The position numbers and the translations under genes were made by a program. The notes under the pieces were generated by a model. That model saw nothing but the letters and a program-made list of their open reading frames with translations. It was not told where the DNA came from and did not search any database. Shown in pieces: positions 59,427 through 64,000 of a stretch of 64,000 nt of DNA. Position 1 is the first letter of the stretch, and the number at the start of each line of letters is the position of its first letter. The DNA is from Isoptericola halotolerans (GTDB taxonomy: Bacteria; Actinomycetota; Actinomycetes; Actinomycetales; Cellulomonadaceae): assembly GCF_013149785.1 (NCBI RefSeq), contig NZ_JABEZU010000001.1, positions 496,001 through 560,000 on the forward strand, written 5' to 3'.

Positions 59427-60113
59427 ATGGCTTGGAGCTTCGGTCGGCGGCGTCCCACCACGTATCTGCTCGGTGAGGCGGTCGACCCGTACCCGGCCCA
59501 GGTGCCCGAGGGTCGCCGTGGCAGGGTGCAGCGGATCACCGAGATCGGGGAGCCGGTGCTGCACACGCCGGCCCGGAAGGTCGAGGAGTTGTCGACGCCG
59601 GAGCTGGCGCGGCTCGTGGAGGACCTGTTCACCACGATGGAGGTGGCGCAGGGAGTCGGGCTGGCCGCCCCGCAGATCGGTGTCGACCTGCGGGTCTTCG
59701 TCTACGACCTCACCGACGAGCGCGGCGACCGGCACGTGGGTCATGTCGTCAACCCGGAGCTCGAGATCGACACCAGCGCCGACCTGATCACCGAGGAGGA
59801 GGGCTGCCTGTCCGTCCCGGGGGCGTACGTGCCGCTGGCGCGTCGCGGCGCGGCGTCGGTCCGGGGGGTGGACCAGCACGGCGGCCCGGTCCAGCTCGAG
59901 GCCGTCGGGTTCCTGGCGCGATGCTTCGTGCACGAGGCGCAGCACCTGGACGGCACGCTCTACTGGGACCACCTGTCGGCGGCCGACCAGCAGGACGCGC
60001 TGCGTCAGCGCGACGAGGAACGTGCTGAGGTGCTGGCCTCGCGGCGGGAGATCGCGATCGAGCTGGGAAAGCGTCCCGCGGAGTACCCGGACCGTCCTGC
60101 CGGCGGTCGCTGA
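59427..60113 (+). CDS. def: Peptide deformylase
   Basis: GVGLAAPQIG, EGCLS, HEAQHLDG. Confidence 0.93.
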   Translation: MAWSFGRRRPTTYLLGEAVDPYPAQVPEGRRGRVQRITEIGEPVLHTPARKVEELSTPELARLVEDLFTTMEVAQGVGLAAPQIGVDLRVFVYDLTDERGDRHVGHVVNPELEIDTSADLITEEEGCLSVPGAYVPLARRGAASVRGVDQHGGPVQLEAVGFLARCFVHEAQHLDGTLYWDHLSAADQQDALRQRDEERAEVLASRREIAIELGKRPAEYPDRPAGGR

Positions 60114-60128
60114 GGCGGTCGGGCCCGC

Positions 60129-60971
60129 CTACTCCGGTCCGCGACGCGTGCGCCAGACGACGATCCCGCCGGCGGTCAGGCCGACGACGGCCAGGCCGAG
60201 GCCGCTCGCGGCCCACAGCTCGCCGTCGGACACGCGGTCGCTCCGTGAGGCGGCGAGCTGCTCGTCGATCACCGGGAGATCGTTGCGGAAGCTGCGCCTG
60301 AGCGCCTCGAACTGCTCGGCGCGCATCGCCTCGGCCGCAGCGACGGCGGAGTGCGACGGTGAGGGCGTCGGGGACGGTGTCGGCGACGGGCTCGCGGTGG
60401 GGGTCGGCGTCGGTGACGGCGAAGGGCTCGGGTCCGGGCTCGCCGACGGTCCGGGGCTGGAGGCTGCCGCCTCCGGCTCGTCGGTCGGTTCCTCGGGCTC
60501 GTCGCTCGGCTCGGCGGAGGGCTCGGGTGTGGCGGCGGCCTTCGAGGGCCGCGCGCTGGGCGAGGTGCTGGGTTCCGCGCTGGGCGCCGCCGTCGTCGGG
60601 GCTGCGGCCGGCTCGGTGCAGCGTCGGTTCCCGGAGGACTCGTGCCACTCACCGACACCGGGCACGCGGACGTAGGTGACGCAGTACCCGTCCGGCATCT
60701 CGGCCGTTGCGCTGCTGAAGGCGACGTAGCCGCTGCTCCCACGGAGCGGCTCGGTCAGCCAGGCGTAGCGCCACCCCTCGGCGCTGCGGATCGAGTAGCC
60801 GACCTGCTGGTGCCGGCCCTCGCGCTCGACCTGCCGGCCGTCGAAGGACACGCCGTCGGTGGTGACGGTCAGGTCGTCGTCGGCGGTCGCCGGTGCCTGT
60901 GTCGCCGTGACCAGGATCGCCCCGAGGGCAGCGCCGAGCAGGGCACGGACCGCAACGTGGGCGACGCGCAC
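60129..60971 (-). CDS. Secreted, C-terminally anchored protein with two-Cys domain and P/S/T stalk
   Basis: RBS GGAAGG before the GTG; signal peptide ending ATA; PSPTP stalk; C-terminal TM + RTRR. Confidence 0.68.
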   Translation of the reverse strand: MRVAHVAVRALLGAALGAILVTATQAPATADDDLTVTTDGVSFDGRQVEREGRHQQVGYSIRSAEGWRYAWLTEPLRGSSGYVAFSSATAEMPDGYCVTYVRVPGVGEWHESSGNRRCTEPAAAPTTAAPSAEPSTSPSARPSKAAATPEPSAEPSDEPEEPTDEPEAAASSPGPSASPDPSPSPSPTPTPTASPSPTPSPTPSPSHSAVAAAEAMRAEQFEALRRSFRNDLPVIDEQLAASRSDRVSDGELWAASGLGLAVVGLTAGGIVVWRTRRGPE

Positions 60972-61060
60972 GCGTGACCTTCCGACGCTGGGAGCCGGGG
61001 ATCCGGCGGGGCGAACCACATCGTAGAGGACGGCTCGGCGGCGTCGGTCGCGGGTTCCGT

Positions 61061-61645
61061 TCAGAGGGAGGCGCACCAGTCGGCGACCGCGGCGGCGACG
61101 GCGGCGTCCTGGTTCCGCAGGTCATGAGCGCCCGGAAGCGTGATGGTCGTGACGGGTCCGGGGATGGCGGCGCTGTGCTCGGCGAGCTCGGCGGGACTGC
61201 CGAAGGGGTCCCGGTCGCCGGAGACGAACAGGACGGGGACGTCGAGGTCCCCGAAGTGCTCGACCCGCAGCTTCTCGGGCTTGCCGGGCGGGTGGAGGGG
61301 GTAGCTGAGGAGCACGAGCCCGGCAGCCGGAAGACCTTCGGCCACCGCCATGGAGCACATGCGCCCGCCGTAGGAACGGCCGCCGAGCAGGATCCGGTCG
61401 GTCCCGACGCCGAGGCGTGCGGCGAGCTGTTCCGCCTGGTCGCTCAGGTGGGGGATCGCCACCGCCGGCCGGTCCGGCATGCGTCGGCCGGCGAGCCGGT
61501 ACGGGAAGTCGATGCGCTCGACGGTCAGCGCCGTCGTCGTGGAGACGTGGCCGGCGACGGCGCGCAGCGCGTGGTGGTCCCGGTCGGCCCCGGCACCGGG
61601 GGTGAGCAGGAGCCCGGCGGGTGCGGGGTGTGAGGGGGTGGGCAT
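61061..61645 (-). CDS. Small alpha/beta hydrolase (KANL3/Tex30-like)
   Basis: TPGAG, IDFPYR, GGRSYGGRM, SYPLHPPGKPE, GDRDPFG, HDL. Confidence 0.85.
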   Translation of the reverse strand: MPTPSHPAPAGLLLTPGAGADRDHHALRAVAGHVSTTTALTVERIDFPYRLAGRRMPDRPAVAIPHLSDQAEQLAARLGVGTDRILLGGRSYGGRMCSMAVAEGLPAAGLVLLSYPLHPPGKPEKLRVEHFGDLDVPVLFVSGDRDPFGSPAELAEHSAAIPGPVTTITLPGAHDLRNQDAAVAAAVADWCASL

Positions 61646-61682
61646 GGACCCAGTCTCGCGCAGGGGGTAACCTCTGATCTTC

Positions 61683-61694
61683 TACATCGTTGTA
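61683..61694. promoter_or_regulatory. LacI-type operator candidate upstream of GH43
   Basis: TACA-TCGT-TGTA; related TACATCGTTTAC at 62804-62815 before the permease. Confidence 0.5.
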
Positions 61695-61713
61695 CACGCA
61701 AACCGAGGACACC

Positions 61714-62748
61714 ATGACGGACCAGGTCATCAGCAACCCGATCGTGCTCCAGCGCGCCGACCCTCACGTGCTGCGGCACGACGGGCAGTACTACTTCACC
61801 GGTTCGTACCCGGCGTACGACCGGGTGGTGCTGCGGCGCGCCGAACGCCTCGAGGACCTGCAAGCAGCCGAGGAGGTGACGATCTGGACCCGCCACGAGT
61901 CCGGCCCGCAGTCGCACCTCATCTGGGCGCCCGAGATCCACCGGGTCGACGACGCCTGGTACGTGTACTACGCCGCGGCCCCCGACGACCAGGGCCGGGC
62001 CGACGCCCCCAGTGCCAACGAGACGTTCAACCACCGCGTCTTCGTCCTGGAGTGCACCGCCGAGGACCCGCTGACCGGCGAGTGGGTCGACCGCGGCCAG
62101 GTCGACACCGGCTGGGAGAGCTTCGCGCTCGACGCGACGAGCTTCGTGCACGAGGGTCAGCAGTACCTGGTGTGGGCGCAGGAGGACCTCGAGGTCTACG
62201 GCCACTCGAACCTGTACATCGCCCGCATGGCGAACCCGTGGACGCTCGCCACGCCCGCCGTCGAGCTGACGCGACCCGAGTTCGACTGGGAGACCAAGGG
62301 GTTCTGGGTCAACGAGGGGCCGTCGGTGCTGATCCGGGACGGTCAGGTCTTCCTGACCTACTCGGGCGCGGCGACCGGCATCGACTATGCGATGGGCCTG
62401 CTCACGGCCGACGCCGGCGCCGACCTGCTGGACCCGACGTCCTGGACCAAGAGCGCCGACCCGGTGTTCGTGTCGGACCCGTCCGTCGGGCAGTACGGCC
62501 CGGGCCACAACTCGTTCACCCAGACCGACGACGGCGAGACGGTCCTCGTCTACCACGCGCGCACCTACACCGAGATCGTCGGTGACCCGCTGTGGGACCC
62601 GAACCGGCACGCCCGGGCCCAGGTGCTGCCCTTCGACGCGGACGGCGACCCGGTGTGGGGCACGCCGGTGCCGGACGCCCGCCCTGTCCCCGACTCCACC
62701 GAGGTGCTCGCCCCCGACGGCGGCAGCATGGCGTTTCTCACACGGTGA
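61714..62748 (+). CDS. GH43 glycoside hydrolase, probable alpha-L-arabinofuranosidase (no signal peptide)
   Basis: QRADP, IWAPEIH, FALDAT, VNEGP, YGPGHNSF, YHAR. Confidence 0.9.
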   Translation: MTDQVISNPIVLQRADPHVLRHDGQYYFTGSYPAYDRVVLRRAERLEDLQAAEEVTIWTRHESGPQSHLIWAPEIHRVDDAWYVYYAAAPDDQGRADAPSANETFNHRVFVLECTAEDPLTGEWVDRGQVDTGWESFALDATSFVHEGQQYLVWAQEDLEVYGHSNLYIARMANPWTLATPAVELTRPEFDWETKGFWVNEGPSVLIRDGQVFLTYSGAATGIDYAMGLLTADAGADLLDPTSWTKSADPVFVSDPSVGQYGPGHNSFTQTDDGETVLVYHARTYTEIVGDPLWDPNRHARAQVLPFDADGDPVWGTPVPDARPVPDSTEVLAPDGGSMAFLTR

Positions 62749-62881
62749 CGTCGGTGCTGGTCAGAGTGCTGGGCTGAGGTTTGATGGGTGCCTGGGGCAC
62801 CTATACATCGTTTACCGTGGCGGGGCACGGGCACCGTGAGGTCGTTGCCGCCCGTGCCCCAGCAGCCCGGAGGGAACGCCG

Positions 62882-64000
62882 ATGACGGTCCAGCACGAAC
62901 CCCACCACCCGCCCTCAGCGCCGACGGGCGCCGTGACGCCGCGCGCCCGCGACTCGCTGCGGAAGCCGGCCTTCTGGAACATCGGCGGGCTGTTCTTCTT
63001 CTACTTCGCCATCTGGCAGCTCGTCTTCACCTTCCTGGGCCCCTGGCTCGAGGACCAGGCGGGCATGACCAGCGGGAACATCGGCCTGCTCAACTCGGTC
63101 ATGGCCCTGACGGCGCTGTGCCTGCAGCCGTTCTACGGGTTCATCCAGGACCGCCTCGGCTTCCGTAAGAATCTCTTCGCGTTCGTCGTGGTGGTCGGTG
63201 CCTTCATGGGACCGTTCTTCGCCTTCGTGTTCGTGCCGATCGTCGAGCTCAACCAGGTCCTCGGCGCGGTGGTCGGCGGCATCTACCTGTCCCTGGTGCT
63301 CAACTCCGGTGTCGGCGTCGTCGAGGCGTTCAACGAGCGCACCTCGCGCGCGAACCGGTTCGAGTACGGGCACGTACGGCTCTTCGGCTCCGTCGCCGGA
63401 GCCACGGCCTCGCTGGTCGGCGGCTTCATCTGGGCCGCGAACCCCGACAACGTGTGGTGGGTCGGCACCTTCTCCGCCGTCGTGCTGGGCGTCCTGCTCT
63501 TCGTCGTCCGGACGCCGAGGCCGGGGGAGAAGGGCAACGCCGCCGCCGGCGACGACGGAGCCTCGGCCGAGGACCGCACCGGCGACGAGGATCGCCCCCG
63601 GGTGACCAAGGAGACCGTCCTGCGGCTGTTCCGCGACCGCTCCTTCGTGGGGTTCATGGTGCTCATGTTCGGCACCGTCGCGCTGTACGACGTGTTCGAC
63701 CAGCAGTACGCCATCTACTTCGGCAACCTGTTCGACGGAGTCGGCGACCCGCAGGTGTTCTTCTCGCGGGTGGTCTTCGTCCAGATCCTGCTCGAGGCGA
63801 TCGTGATGGTGGCGATGCCGTTCGTGATCAACAAGATCGGCGCGAAGCGCGGCCTGCAGCTCTTCGCCGTCGTCCTGGTGGTCCGCGTCGTCGGCTCGGC
63901 GCTGTTCACCTCCACCGAGCTCCTCGTCGTGTGGCGCCTGCTCGCCGCCCTCGAGATGCCGCTCATGCTCGTCTCGGTGTGGAAGTACATCACCCGGATG
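62882..64000 (+). CDS. LacY/CscB-family (oligosaccharide:H+ symporter) MFS permease, truncated by window end
   Basis: Manual translation (not in ORF track): FWNIGGLFFFYF, QPFYGFIQDRLGFRK, VEAFNER, EYGHVRLFGS, YDVFDQQ, LEMPL, KYIT. Confidence 0.88.
   Translation, partial: MTVQHEPHHPPSAPTGAVTPRARDSLRKPAFWNIGGLFFFYFAIWQLVFTFLGPWLEDQAGMTSGNIGLLNSVMALTALCLQPFYGFIQDRLGFRKNLFAFVVVVGAFMGPFFAFVFVPIVELNQVLGAVVGGIYLSLVLNSGVGVVEAFNERTSRANRFEYGHVRLFGSVAGATASLVGGFIWAANPDNVWWVGTFSAVVLGVLLFVVRTPRPGEKGNAAAGDDGASAEDRTGDEDRPRVTKETVLRLFRDRSFVGFMVLMFGTVALYDVFDQQYAIYFGNLFDGVGDPQVFFSRVVFVQILLEAIVMVAMPFVINKIGAKRGLQLFAVVLVVRVVGSALFTSTELLVVWRLLAALEMPLMLVSVWKYITRM

Overview
Very GC-rich actinobacterial chromosome segment. 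Gene content suggests Micrococcales, e.g. Promicromonosporaceae or Cellulomonadaceae (inference). The conserved backbone is the ssd-tadABC-flp-tadE-Rv3654c pilus locus, a DUF1998 helicase, hppA, a methyltransferase, topA, tmk, holB, a TAP-like hydrolase and tRNA-Thr(CGT). Accessory modules sit between these: a cstA / small Cys-Cys-terminal protein / single-domain ArsA-like ATPase operon; a LacI-controlled tandem-HAD + ECF transporter operon; a GH10 xylanase with two near-identical CBM2b modules; a galactan cluster (GH42, ABC components, GH53); a stand-alone HypX/HoxX-type CO-forming enzyme with no hydrogenase in the window; a compositionally atypical islet after the tRNA with a decayed excisionase and two orphan genes; and GH43 plus a LacY/CscB-family permease. 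Other observations: a Tad gene lacking its normal stop codon, a frameshifted DUF4184 gene, two pairs of paralogous unrecognised two-Cys extracellular domains, several operator palindromes and many apparently leaderless genes. No CRISPR array, rRNA, intact integrase or transposase was seen. All calls come from motif recognition by eye; no database searches were run.
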